DNA of 64,000 bases from Longimicrobiales bacterium (GTDB taxonomy: Bacteria; Gemmatimonadota; Gemmatimonadetes; Longimicrobiales; Gaopeijiaceae): contig OZ250165.1 in assembly GCA_965238005.1 (NCBI GenBank), forward strand, positions 2,816,001 to 2,880,000. The letters are read 5' to 3'. The translations under genes and the position numbers were made by a program. The notes below the pieces were generated by a model. The model saw only the letters and a program-made list of their open reading frames with translations. It did not search any database and was not told the DNA's origin. This document shows, piece by piece, positions 9,365 to 18,502 of this stretch (the stretch's first letter is position 1; each line of letters begins with the position of its first letter).

Positions 9365-10850
9365 ATGTGGACGCCCCCCTGGTTGGCAAGCCTGACGTCG
9401 TACCGAAGTCGCTGGCAGTCAGGTCAGGTACGGTACGGTCGTATGTGCGGCCTCTTGGTGCGGCACTTCTGGCCGCGGGCCCGTATGGTGTTCGTGAGAT
9501 CGGATCCAAATCGCAATGGCGGGCTCGGTGGCCCATCGTAGGCTACTGGTTTTTCCGACCCCGTCTTGTCGACCGTTTGCCCCTACCTTGTCCGCCGTCC
9601 TGCCTGCCCTCTCCAGTTGGGACCTTCCCAGCTCATGCCCATTCGGGTGATCGAGCCGTCAGCCCCGATGATCTCATCTCTCGCCTCCTCCGGGTTCCGG
9701 GTCTGGCCAACGCCTCTTCGCTACACGGATCCGACTCGCAACCCTACGCCGCGGCAGAAACGGCCTTCGTCACTCCCCGTGCCCTGTAGTTCTCCCCCCT
9801 CACCGTCACGGCCCAGATGATGCGCTCCATCCTGTTGGCCAGAGCCACCGCAACCACCTTCCTCGGCTTCTCGTCCAGCATCCGCCGAAGCCAGGGATCA
9901 GTGACTGGACCCCGCCGGATGGCACTCGAGATGACTGCCGTCGCCCCCAGGTACAGGAGCCTCCGGATGTCGCGCTGTCCCATCTTCGTGATCCGCCCCA
10001 GCCGCTGGCGGCCACCCGCCGAGGATTCACGAGGCGTGAGCCCGACCCATGCCGCGAAGTCGCGTCCATTGCGGAAGCTCTCCATCGGCGGAGCAAAGGT
10101 GTGGACCGCCATCGCCGTGCGCTCTCCCACCCCCGGGATCGTCATCAGGCGCCCGAGCGCCTCATCTTCCCTCGCAATGCGACGGATCTCCCGGTCCATC
10201 TCATGGATCTCCCCATCCAGCTCGTGGATCCGCTCGATGAGGAGGCGTATGGCGGGAGGCCCCATCGCCGGGAAATGCTCCTCACACCTGGCGAACGCCT
10301 CCTCCAGTCTCCCGATGTTGTCGGTCCCACGCGGAGCGACGAGGCCGAACTCCGCGAGGTGACCCCGCAGCGCGTTGATCGTCTGGGTCCGCTGGCGCAC
10401 GAGGAGCGCCCGGCTCCGGAACACCACCGAGCACGCCTGCGCTTCCTCGGTCTTCACGGCCACGAACCGCATCGTCGGCCGCTGGGCCGCCTCGACGATC
10501 GCCCCCGCGTCGTTCGCGTCGTTCTTCTGCCTCTTGACGTACGGCTTCACGTACACCGGGGAATCAAACGGACCACATGGCCGAGTTCCTGGATCTGCCG
10601 CCCCCAATAGTGGGCGCTACCGCACACCTCTAACACGACCCGACAGGCGGGCTGCCTGGCGAGGAACCCGAGCAGCTTCGAGCGCGTGAGCTTCCTGCGC
10701 AGCACAGGCTCACCGCCCGCAGTGGCTCCGTGCAGTTGGAAGTACCTCTTCGAGATGTCTATACCGATGATGCTGACCACCTTGTCCATGGATCCCCCCT
10801 CTCGTGTCCCGAACGCGCCCGGTGTGGGGGGCGTCCACTCCATCGCAATG
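9365..10850 (-). mobile_element. IS110-family element, IS1111 group
   Basis: 13-bp subterminal IR GTGGACGCCCCCC (9367-9379 / 10826-10838), long non-coding end downstream of the transposase, ATGTG at both junctions. Confidence 0.88.
9744..10789 (-). pseudogene. IS1111-type transposase with a 1-nt frameshift near 10558
   Basis: 'IIGIDISK' in one frame, 'PVYVKPYVKRQKNDANDA...GLTPRESSAGG' in another; break lies in a short C-run (may be a sequencing error). Confidence 0.88.
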
Positions 10851-11004
10851 TGATACATTGGAGCCTGGCGAGGGGGCGCTCCGCCCCCCCTTCGATCCCC
10901 CGGAGGCCCGAGCTCCGGCGGAGTTCGCGGGCGGGGGGCTCGGCCCCCGAACCCCCTTGCCGGTGCGCTGATGGCTGATCGCCCTGCAGCAATCGTCACC
11001 GCCA

Positions 11005-11120
11005 CCATCGAGGCGGCCCCTGGTGCATGTGGTCCAGAACGGGGTCGAGGCAAGCCTATCGGCGCACGGACCTTCTTCGAGCGCTGGCGTCGGCTGATGA
11101 ACGACTGGGCGGCCTACGTT
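11005..11120 (+). pseudogene. Degenerate solo 3' tail of P4-like integrase
   Basis: Frameshifted EAA..HVVQNGVEA.YRRTD..FERWRRLMNDWAAYV. Confidence 0.8.
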
Positions 11121-11217
11121 AGTGGGGAGCCGCCTCGTTGACGGTCTTTCGACTTGGCACTCTGCGCGGCTTGCCGGACGGGTCTTGAGCGTGGTGCTGA
11201 GGGACCCTCGAACCCGA

Positions 11218-11297
11218 CCGCCTCGACTTCCGCACCCCGAACGAGTGCCTATGACTCACACCGCGCCTAAGCCGTGTTGCACTTCAAAGTTGATCCC
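11218..11297 (+). mobile_element. IS30-like right-end remnant
   Basis: RLDFRTPNECL* followed by TGTTGCACTTCAAAGTTGA, resembling IS30-family ends. Confidence 0.55.
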
Positions 11298-11940
11298 TAG
11301 TGGCACCCCCCTCGAACGCGATTCGCCAACGCTCCTGAGGATCGTCAAAGTGCACGTCGGTGGCAGAAAAGGCCGTTGGATCAAGCGGCCCACCGGTCCA
11401 CTCAATCGAGTCTCTGTGCTCCGGATGTCCGGGGTCAGCTAGGGCAGCCAGCAAATTCGCGTAACCGTGGGACCCGCCGCTGTCCTCGGGAGGACAGGCC
11501 CCGGCGCCTCCGACACATTCGGGGCCAGTCCTCGGGCCGCCGGCCTGCTCAAAGCCTTCAAAGATCACCGCGTGGTCCCAGTTGTCGCCGAAGTCGTAGG
11601 TGTAGTGCATCGGCGGTAGGTCGCCCGCCGTAAAGTCGAGCGGAAACTCCATCCATCCAGCGGCGACTGAGAGATCATTGGGCACGTCCGAATCTGGGAT
11701 TCCGAGCAGCATTGCGGTGCCCGAACCGGGATCGAGGACACGGAATCTATGGAGGTGGCAGTCGAGCCATCCCATCGCGTCCTGGATCGCGACGTGGAGA
11801 TCCCAGAAGGAATAGGTCGCGGGAACCTGGATTCGTCGCCAAACGAGCGGGTTGGTCCCGGCCAGGACCACGAGGTATTGGAGCATCAGACCCGGAGGAA
11901 CCGGCCCGCCCCTAGGTTGATCCTGCGTCGACATCATCAC
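11284..11940 (-). CDS. Plasmid pRiA4b ORF3-family protein
   Basis: 'VWRRIQVP', 'LHVAIQDAMGWLDCHLHRF', 'YTYDFGDNW', 'ACPPEDSGG'. Confidence 0.9.
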   Translation of the reverse strand: MMMSTQDQPRGGPVPPGLMLQYLVVLAGTNPLVWRRIQVPATYSFWDLHVAIQDAMGWLDCHLHRFRVLDPGSGTAMLLGIPDSDVPNDLSVAAGWMEFPLDFTAGDLPPMHYTYDFGDNWDHAVIFEGFEQAGGPRTGPECVGGAGACPPEDSGGSHGYANLLAALADPGHPEHRDSIEWTGGPLDPTAFSATDVHFDDPQERWRIAFEGGATRDQL

Positions 11941-11965
11941 CCTGCTTGGAGCTTAATTAGGTGCA

Positions 11966-12024
11966 ATCTAACCGTTTGAGTTCAGCGGACGCCGGAGGTG
12001 GTCCGCTGCAACGAAGGGTTAGCC
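11966..12024 (-). other. Integron attC-like site (59 bp)
   Basis: Minus strand GGCTAAC...TGCAGCGGAC-loop-GTCCGCTGAACTCAAACG-GTTAGAT. Confidence 0.75.
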
Positions 12025-12123
12025 GACACTCCGGTTCAGCCTACCCTAATCCTTTACACAATGGCCTACACTGATGGTTGACAGGTTCCTATCAACCAAG
12101 GGTTCTAAACCTAGGAGAGCCCG

Positions 12124-12201
12124 ATGCAATGGAACCAGTCGACTATGTACGAACAGAGAGTACGCTTCATCCTCGAAGTACAGCAAGGCACGTTCAGTTA
12201 C
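12124..12201 (+). pseudogene. IS481-like transposase N-terminus cut by IS256
   Basis: MQWNQSTMYEQRVRFILEVQQGTFSY with RBS. Confidence 0.55.
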
Positions 12202-13580
12202 GGAGCTAGGATCAAAGGGTGTGTAAAAGAGAGGCGACGTACCTTTCCGCTGACCATTAACCAGCGAGTCCCGAGTTGAGGCCCGGGGGAAAGGAACGTC
12301 GCCTCATGAGGAAGGATATCGCGGGACCCGAGACCGAGTCCACCATGCCGCTGTGGGAGGGCCTGGAGGGAGTGGTCCGTGAGAAGGCCCAGGAGTTCAT
12401 CCAAGAGATCTTGGAGGAGGAAGTCACCGAACTCCTGGGTCGGCCCAAGTCGGAGCGGAAGGCAGCCGTGGATGCGGCGCCTGGCTACCGCAACGGGTAC
12501 GGCAAGGCGCGGCGGCTGTCGATGAGTTCGGGCACGATCACGGTGCGACGCCCCCGGGTACGGGGTCTGGAGGAACGCTTCGAGAGTCGGGTGTTGCCGC
12601 TGTTCGCGAGACGGACGAAGGAGGTAGGTGAGTTGATACCGGAGCTGTACCTACACGGGTTGGCCGAGGGGGATTTCGAGCTGGCACTCAGGGGCCTACT
12701 CGGTGAGGGGGCGCCGCTGTCGAAGGCTTCGATCCGCAGGCTCAGGGCCGTGTGGTCGAGTGAGTTCGAGACGTGGGCGAAGCGGTCCTTGGCGGACCGT
12801 GAGGTCGTCTACGTATGGGCGGACGGGATCTACGTGAAGGCGGGCCTGGAGCGAGACAAAGCGGCGCTGCTGGTGGTGATGGGAGCCATGCGCGACGGGA
12901 CGAAAGAGGTTCTGGCCGTCACATCAGGCTACCGGGAGTCAACGGACTCGTGGGCGGAGGTCTTTCGGGGTCTCAAGGCTCGAGGCCTCGCAGCGCCGAA
13001 GCTACTGATGGCCGACGGTAACGCAGCGATCTGGGGCGCGGCGAGGACGGTGTGGCCTGAGGCCGGCGAGCAGCGGTGCTGGAATCACAAGATGAGGAAC
13101 GTCCTGGATCGGCTGCCGCAGCGCGAGCAGTCAGAGGCCAAGGAACTGCTGCGCACAGTCGTCTACGCCTCGACACGGGCCGCGGCGCTCAAAGCTCGTC
13201 AGGCGTTCGGCAAGCGTTATGGGCCGTGGTACCCGAAAGCTGTGACGGTGCTCGAGGATGACTGGGACCGCATGGTCACGTACTACGACTTCCCCGAAGC
13301 CCACTGGAAGCATCTACGGACGACGAATGTGGTGGAAAGCCCGTTCGCTTCGGTACGGATCCGCACGTCGGCAGCAAAACGATTTAAGCGCGTCGACAGT
13401 GCTACCGCCCTCATCTGGAAGCTCCTGACGGTGGCGGAGAAACGCTTCAGAAGGCTTGACGCTCCAAACCTGCTCAAGGACGTGTTTGAAGAAAGGAAGT
13501 TCAGGGACGGTAAGCCCGTCTCAGCTCATCAGCGCAAAGCAGCCGCCTGAAACGTTTACACACCTATTGACCCGACCTCC
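12202..13580 (+). mobile_element. IS256-family element
   Basis: Imperfect 26-bp IRs GGAGCTAGGATCAAAGGGTGTGTAAA / TTTACACACCTATTGACCCGACCTCC. Confidence 0.9.
12306..13550 (+). CDS. IS256-family transposase
   Basis: 'YRNGY', 'WADGIY', 'QRCWNHK', 'LRTTNVVES'. Confidence 0.95.
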   Translation: MRKDIAGPETESTMPLWEGLEGVVREKAQEFIQEILEEEVTELLGRPKSERKAAVDAAPGYRNGYGKARRLSMSSGTITVRRPRVRGLEERFESRVLPLFARRTKEVGELIPELYLHGLAEGDFELALRGLLGEGAPLSKASIRRLRAVWSSEFETWAKRSLADREVVYVWADGIYVKAGLERDKAALLVVMGAMRDGTKEVLAVTSGYRESTDSWAEVFRGLKARGLAAPKLLMADGNAAIWGAARTVWPEAGEQRCWNHKMRNVLDRLPQREQSEAKELLRTVVYASTRAAALKARQAFGKRYGPWYPKAVTVLEDDWDRMVTYYDFPEAHWKHLRTTNVVESPFASVRIRTSAAKRFKRVDSATALIWKLLTVAEKRFRRLDAPNLLKDVFEERKFRDGKPVSAHQRKAAA

Positions 13581-13717
13581 GTTGGCAGTCAAGCATTCAC
13601 TGGAGCATCTCGCTGAAATCGCAGCAAGCCACCCTGGTTCCAAGGAGATGATCAGCGACTGGAGTTGACCCGCTTTGGTGGACACCTCAGTAGTGAGGGA
13701 GACAGGAGGAGTCCACG

Positions 13718-14032
13718 ATGCCAAGAACACATGCGCCGTACCCGCCGGAGTTTCGGCGGCAGATGGTCGAGTTGGTCAGGTCGGGCCGCTCCGTGGAGGA
13801 GCTGGCCCGGGAGTTCGAGCCCTCAAACGGGGCGATACGGAACTGGGTCAAACAAGCTGACTTGGATGAAGGCCGTCGCAGTGACGGGCTGACGACGGAG
13901 GAGCGTGGGGAACTCAGGCAGCTTCGGCGTGACAACAAGCGTCTGCGCATGGAGCAGGAGATTCTAAAAAAAGCCGCCGCCTGGTTTGCTCGGGAGAGCA
14001 ACTCGATCCCGGAACGGGGTTCGAGTTCATGA
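13718..14032 (+). CDS. IS3 transposase OrfA
   Basis: 'YPPEFRRQMVEL', 'EILKKAAAWFA'. Confidence 0.92.
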   Translation: MPRTHAPYPPEFRRQMVELVRSGRSVEELAREFEPSNGAIRNWVKQADLDEGRRSDGLTTEERGELRQLRRDNKRLRMEQEILKKAAAWFARESNSIPERGSSS

Positions 14033-14880
14033 AGACGAATCAGGCCGACTTCCCTGTGCGGGCGATGTGCCGTGTGCTGGATCTCTCCCCCAGCGGCTAC
14101 TACGCCTGGTTGGATCGCGAGCCTTCGGCTCGGGCGAAGCGAGATGAGGAGCTCACAGAGCGGATCGAGACGGTCTGGCGCGAGAACCGAAGGGTCTATG
14201 GCCGGCCCCGCATCTACGCGGACCTCAAGGAAGCTGGCGAGCGGGTCGGTGAGAAGCGGGTGGGCCGGCTCATGAAGCAGGCCGAGATTGTGGGAGCTAG
14301 CCGGAGGCGGCGCGGCCCGAAGACGACCAGGCGCAACGAGGACGCCCGTCCCGCGCCGGATCTCATCGAGCGGGACTTCAGCGCAGACGGGCCAGACCAG
14401 TTGTGGGTGGCCGACATCACCTACATCCCGACCTGGGCGGGGTTCTTGTACCTCGCGGTTGTGCTCGACGTCTGGAGCAGGCGGGTGGTCGGGTGGTCGA
14501 TGGCTACGCACCTGCGCACCGAGCTCGTCCTGGACGCGCTGAACATGGCGACCTGGCAGCGCCGGCCCGAATGCGTCATCCATCACAGTGATCAGGGAAC
14601 CCAGTACACCTCGATCGCCTTCGGCCTACGCTGCAACGATGTCGGTGTGCGGCCCTCGATGGGCTCCGTGGGCGACGCCTACGACAACGCGATGTGCGAG
14701 AGCTTCTTCGCGACGCTCGAGTGCGAGCTACTCGACCGGCAGCGCTTCCGGACCCAGGCCGAGGCGAAGATGGCCGTGTTCGACTTCATCGAGGGCTTCT
14801 ACAACCCCCGGAGGCGACACTCGGCACTGGGTCAGCTGTCGCCCATCAACTTCGAGCGTCGCCACGGAGCGGCAGCATGA
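14029..14880 (+). CDS. IS3 transposase OrfB (DDE)
   Basis: 'WVADITY', 'HHSDQGTQY', 'DNAMCESFF'. Confidence 0.95.
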   Translation: MKTNQADFPVRAMCRVLDLSPSGYYAWLDREPSARAKRDEELTERIETVWRENRRVYGRPRIYADLKEAGERVGEKRVGRLMKQAEIVGASRRRRGPKTTRRNEDARPAPDLIERDFSADGPDQLWVADITYIPTWAGFLYLAVVLDVWSRRVVGWSMATHLRTELVLDALNMATWQRRPECVIHHSDQGTQYTSIAFGLRCNDVGVRPSMGSVGDAYDNAMCESFFATLECELLDRQRFRTQAEAKMAVFDFIEGFYNPRRRHSALGQLSPINFERRHGAAA

Positions 14881-15014
14881 GAAACCTGCGTGGCCAAGTT
14901 GCCCTTTACTCCCCCGCTGCGCGGGGGAAGCTTTCCTCTCCCCAGCGAGGGGGACAGACTATAAACCTCAGTGTTCACCCGTCCACTGAAACGGGACAGC
15001 TCCACTGTGACCAG

Positions 15015-15568
15015 GTTGCACCGGGCTTAGTGCCGGGTGAGGATTGAAACGAGGGCACGGTCCACGTTGTTGGCGTCATCGAAAGTGTTGCACCGGGCTT
15101 AGTGCCGGGTGAGGATTGAAACGGCGGCGAGGTGGGCGGCAAGACGGCGCTCTACGAGGTTGCACCGGGCTTAGTGCCGGGTGAGGATTGAAACGAATCA
15201 TAGTCGCTGAGCGCCTGCGCGACTGACAGGTGTTGCACCGGGCTTAGTGCCGGGTGAGGATTGAAACGGGTCGATGCCCATCCGTTTGCACAGTGCCTCT
15301 GACAGTGTTGCACCGGGCTTAGTGCCGGGTGAGGAGTGAAACACGGACAACGGCGAGACGCCGGACGACGGGCGCCTGGTTGCACCCGGCTTATTAGTGC
15401 CGGGTGAGGATTGAAACGCGGTAGACAACTTCACCGAGGCGCGTGCGACGGGCGAAGGTGGTTGCACCCGGCTTAGTGCCGGGTGAGGATTGAAACGTTG
15501 TCGGATATCTTGGAGACTGGCGACCACCTGCGGCTCCACCCGGCTTAGTGCCGGGTGAGCACTGCGCG
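15015..15568 (+). CRISPR. CRISPR array: 7 repeats plus 1 degenerate terminal repeat, 7 spacers (36-43 bp); no cas genes in window
   Basis: 36-bp GTTGCACC(G/C)GGCTTAGTGCCGGGTGAGGATTGAAAC at 15015, 15087, 15159, 15232, 15307, 15379, 15461; degenerate copy at 15533. Confidence 0.97.
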
Positions 15569-16324
15569 GGTGAGCGCTTCGATCATGGACGTTCCGATGA
15601 GAAGCCGACGGGCCACGCCAGGACTACGACGTGCAAGACACGTCAGGGGTCGATGCACAAACTTCTCGGGTTGCGATTCACACGGGCATGGCTTGCTAAC
15701 CCCTTGTGGCCGCTTGCAGTTGCGCACGTCGCTGCCCGGCCGTCGGTGCCAAACGGGGCGGCAGCGACGCGGAGGGGAGCGACCCCCCAGGCCGAGGGCC
15801 TGGAGATGGCGCGGGCCATGCGCGTTTTCACGCGCCTGCCCCCGCCCCCTCGGGGTCGCTCCCGAGCCATCAATCCCTTGGCGGGAAGGCCATCGAGCGC
15901 CGCCGGAGCGCGCAGTCGGGGGCTCCGCCCCCTTCCCCCGGCGCGTCCCGATGCCCGATCGCCGCAGCGGCACCGTCGCCCCCTGAACGTCCGCCGGACC
16001 CCGCTTTCCCACAAGCCGAGGAGGCACGGTCCGAGGGGGGAACCCGAGCACGAGGGACCAAGCGAGGGATCCCCACGGTGCTCGAGTCGAGCGAGGATTC
16101 AGGCTGCGAGTGGCGCAAGAGACCGTCTTGCTCCGAGGTCGGCGGCCCGCCTATGGTTGAGGGTGCTCAGAGAACCGGGGGTGGCACAGCCTGCCCCACG
16201 AAGCTCGCGGTCCACGTCAGCGCGTGAAGATCAACGCCGGGGGCAAGAAAGCTGCCGGAATCCACTTTCGCTGTGCCCTCGGACTGTCCAGCAAGGTAGG
16301 ACCACCCCACCCGGACTCCTCGAC

Positions 16325-17473
16325 ATGAGACCACTCTACGTTGCCTGCGTCGCGGCGATCGTATTGGCCGCTTGTGACGATGAGACTGCCCCGACTTCCA
16401 TTTTGGAACCCGGCGATAGCGCCGTGAAAATTGGATTCCTGGTTTCGGGCGACCGGATCACCTATCCGAACGGAGCCAGGATTGCGGTGGACGAGGTCAA
16501 CGAGCGCGGAGGGTTGCTGGGTCGCTCCGTCGAACTGGTCATCCAGATGGACCTGCAGGAGGAGGAGGCGGCGGTCCAGGCCGCAGAGACCATGATTCTC
16601 GCCGATGAGGTCGTTGCCCTCATTGGCCCCAACCGCTCGTCGCACGCCATCGAGGTAGGGGCCGTGGCCCAGAGTCATGGTGTGCCGATGGTTACGACGG
16701 CGGCCACCAACCCAGCCGTGACCGAAGCCGGCGACCTTGTCTTCATGGCCGCGTTCACCGACCAGTTTCAAGGGCGAGTCATGGCGCAATTCGCCTCGGA
16801 GACCCTCGGGGTGACCGCAGCCGCTGTCCTGACGCAGCAGGGAGAAGTCTATAGCGAGGGGATCGGTGAATTCTTCATCGACCATTTCGGTGGCCTTGGA
16901 GGGACGATCGTCGCCGACGAGTCCTACGAGGGCGGTGCGACGGAGTTTACCTCGCAATTGGCGCGCATCGCGGCGGCTACTCCTGGGGCCATGTTTCTCC
17001 CGGGTCTGCCGGCGGAAGTGGCGCTCGTGACCACGCAGGCGCGCGCCCTACCGCTGCAAGACGGTGCCGGGGAACCGACGCTCTTTCTCGGGGCGGATGC
17101 GTGGGACAATCCGACGCTGCTGGACAATGAAGAAGCCGCCATCGATGGCAGCTTCTTCAGCAGCCACTTTTCGCCGGACACGAGCGAGCCAAGCGCACGC
17201 GCATTCGTCGACACGTATCAGGGTCTGTACGGGACTGTCCCCACCGGCGGCGATGCGGTGAGCTACGATGCGGTCCGGTTGCTCTTGGAAGCCGCAGAGC
17301 GAGCGGGCAGCCTCGACGCAGACGCCGTGCGCCAGGAACTGCTAGCTACCGAAGGATACGCCGGGGCAACCCACATCGCCCATTACAATGAACAGCGCCA
17401 TCCGACAAAAAGCGCGGTCATCATGACCATCGAGAACGGCGTCAAGAGGTTCCTTCAGCATGTGGATCCGTAA
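16325..17473 (+). CDS. Branched-chain amino acid ABC substrate-binding lipoprotein (LivJ-like)
   Basis: Lipobox 'LAAC', 'AVDEVNERGGLLGRSVEL', 'FTDQFQG', 'GADAWD'. Confidence 0.9.
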   Translation: MRPLYVACVAAIVLAACDDETAPTSILEPGDSAVKIGFLVSGDRITYPNGARIAVDEVNERGGLLGRSVELVIQMDLQEEEAAVQAAETMILADEVVALIGPNRSSHAIEVGAVAQSHGVPMVTTAATNPAVTEAGDLVFMAAFTDQFQGRVMAQFASETLGVTAAAVLTQQGEVYSEGIGEFFIDHFGGLGGTIVADESYEGGATEFTSQLARIAAATPGAMFLPGLPAEVALVTTQARALPLQDGAGEPTLFLGADAWDNPTLLDNEEAAIDGSFFSSHFSPDTSEPSARAFVDTYQGLYGTVPTGGDAVSYDAVRLLLEAAERAGSLDADAVRQELLATEGYAGATHIAHYNEQRHPTKSAVIMTIENGVKRFLQHVDP

Positions 17474-17797
17474 GGAGGCGTGCCGGCACTAAGCGCGGGA
17501 TCTGAGGGATCCGGAGCCGCTCGCCCGCAGGCATGCCGCCCAGAGCCCGGGTCGGAGGCGGTCTGAGTACGGGTTATGGACCCCCAAGGGGACCCTCCCC
17601 GCGGACGAGGGACCGCGGGCGGGGGCGAAGAAACGACGCCCATCCTTGATCTTCGGGGCAGTCTCATCGTCACAAGCGGCCAAGACGATCGCCAGCGCAC
17701 TGCCCGGAGGGCTTCCGCATTCAGGCCCGGACCGTCGATCTCGATCAGGCCCGGCGCCGGGATCGTGTCTTGGCCATGCGGTCGGAGGCTGTCGCGC

Positions 17798-18163
17798 TCA
17801 TGCCCCACGTTGCCGCAGCAGCGCCAGCGCGTAGACCACTCCGATGACCGGAACCACCGCGAAGGCCAGCGCCAGTCCCGACTCGCCCAGCACGCGTCCC
17901 GCAGCAATCAGCTGCGCAAGGACCAGGTCGGCTATCACGTTCGCCGTCAGGAGTGCCGCCAGGGCAAGGATCGTCGTCGTGGCGAGGCGGGGCCGCAACA
18001 CTAGCACGAGCACGCCCACGGCGCCAAGCGGATGCAGGAGGACGACCAGCAGCCGTTGCCAGACATCTCCACCGTCCGCGAATGCACCCGCCATGGCCGT
18101 GAAGCCGACGAATACCGCGTGCATCACCGCGAGCACCCTCACCGCCATCCGGAAGCCGATCAT
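17798..18163 (-). CDS. Small multi-pass membrane protein
   Basis: Four hydrophobic segments. Confidence 0.6.
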   Translation of the reverse strand: MIGFRMAVRVLAVMHAVFVGFTAMAGAFADGGDVWQRLLVVLLHPLGAVGVLVLVLRPRLATTTILALAALLTANVIADLVLAQLIAAGRVLGESGLALAFAVVPVIGVVYALALLRQRGA

Positions 18164-18502
18164 GGAAGACACCCCGGCAGGGTATGGGCCCAGGCCCACA
18201 TGGCACAAGCGGGGGTCGCCGGGGCGGTCCGCGTCCGCGTGTGCGCCATGGCCTGCCGCAGCCGCGCCGACAGAGCGACACGCCAGCGGCTGCGGCCCGT
18301 CAGGTGGCGAGCGCGGCCGGTGGCGGTGACGGCCCGGCGATCGGGCATCGGGGGAAGGGGGGGCGAGCCCCCGCCCGCGAGCTTCGCCGGAGCGCGGGCC
18401 TCGGGGGGATCGAAGGGGGAGCGGAGCGCCCCCCTCGCCAGCCCCTTTGTGGGTACAAGGGGTATGCTGGCTCTTGACCCCTAACGGTCATGAGCCAGCG
18501 CC

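Larger units (their letters stand above)
13660..15004 (+). mobile_element. IS3-family element
   Basis: TG...CA ends with 24-bp imperfect IRs; orfA/orfB; A7G slippery site at 13966-13973. Confidence 0.95.

Noticed and set aside
15123..15158. Spacer 2 partial match to ~48677-48691
   Set aside because: Only about 14 GC-rich bases match; expected by chance
15152..15539. ORFs with repeated FQSSPGTKPGAT / FNPHPALSPVQ
   Set aside because: Translations of CRISPR repeats
15548..16324. 259-aa N-terminal extension of the binding protein
   Set aside because: Runs through the CRISPR end and non-coding module; real start with lipobox is at 16325
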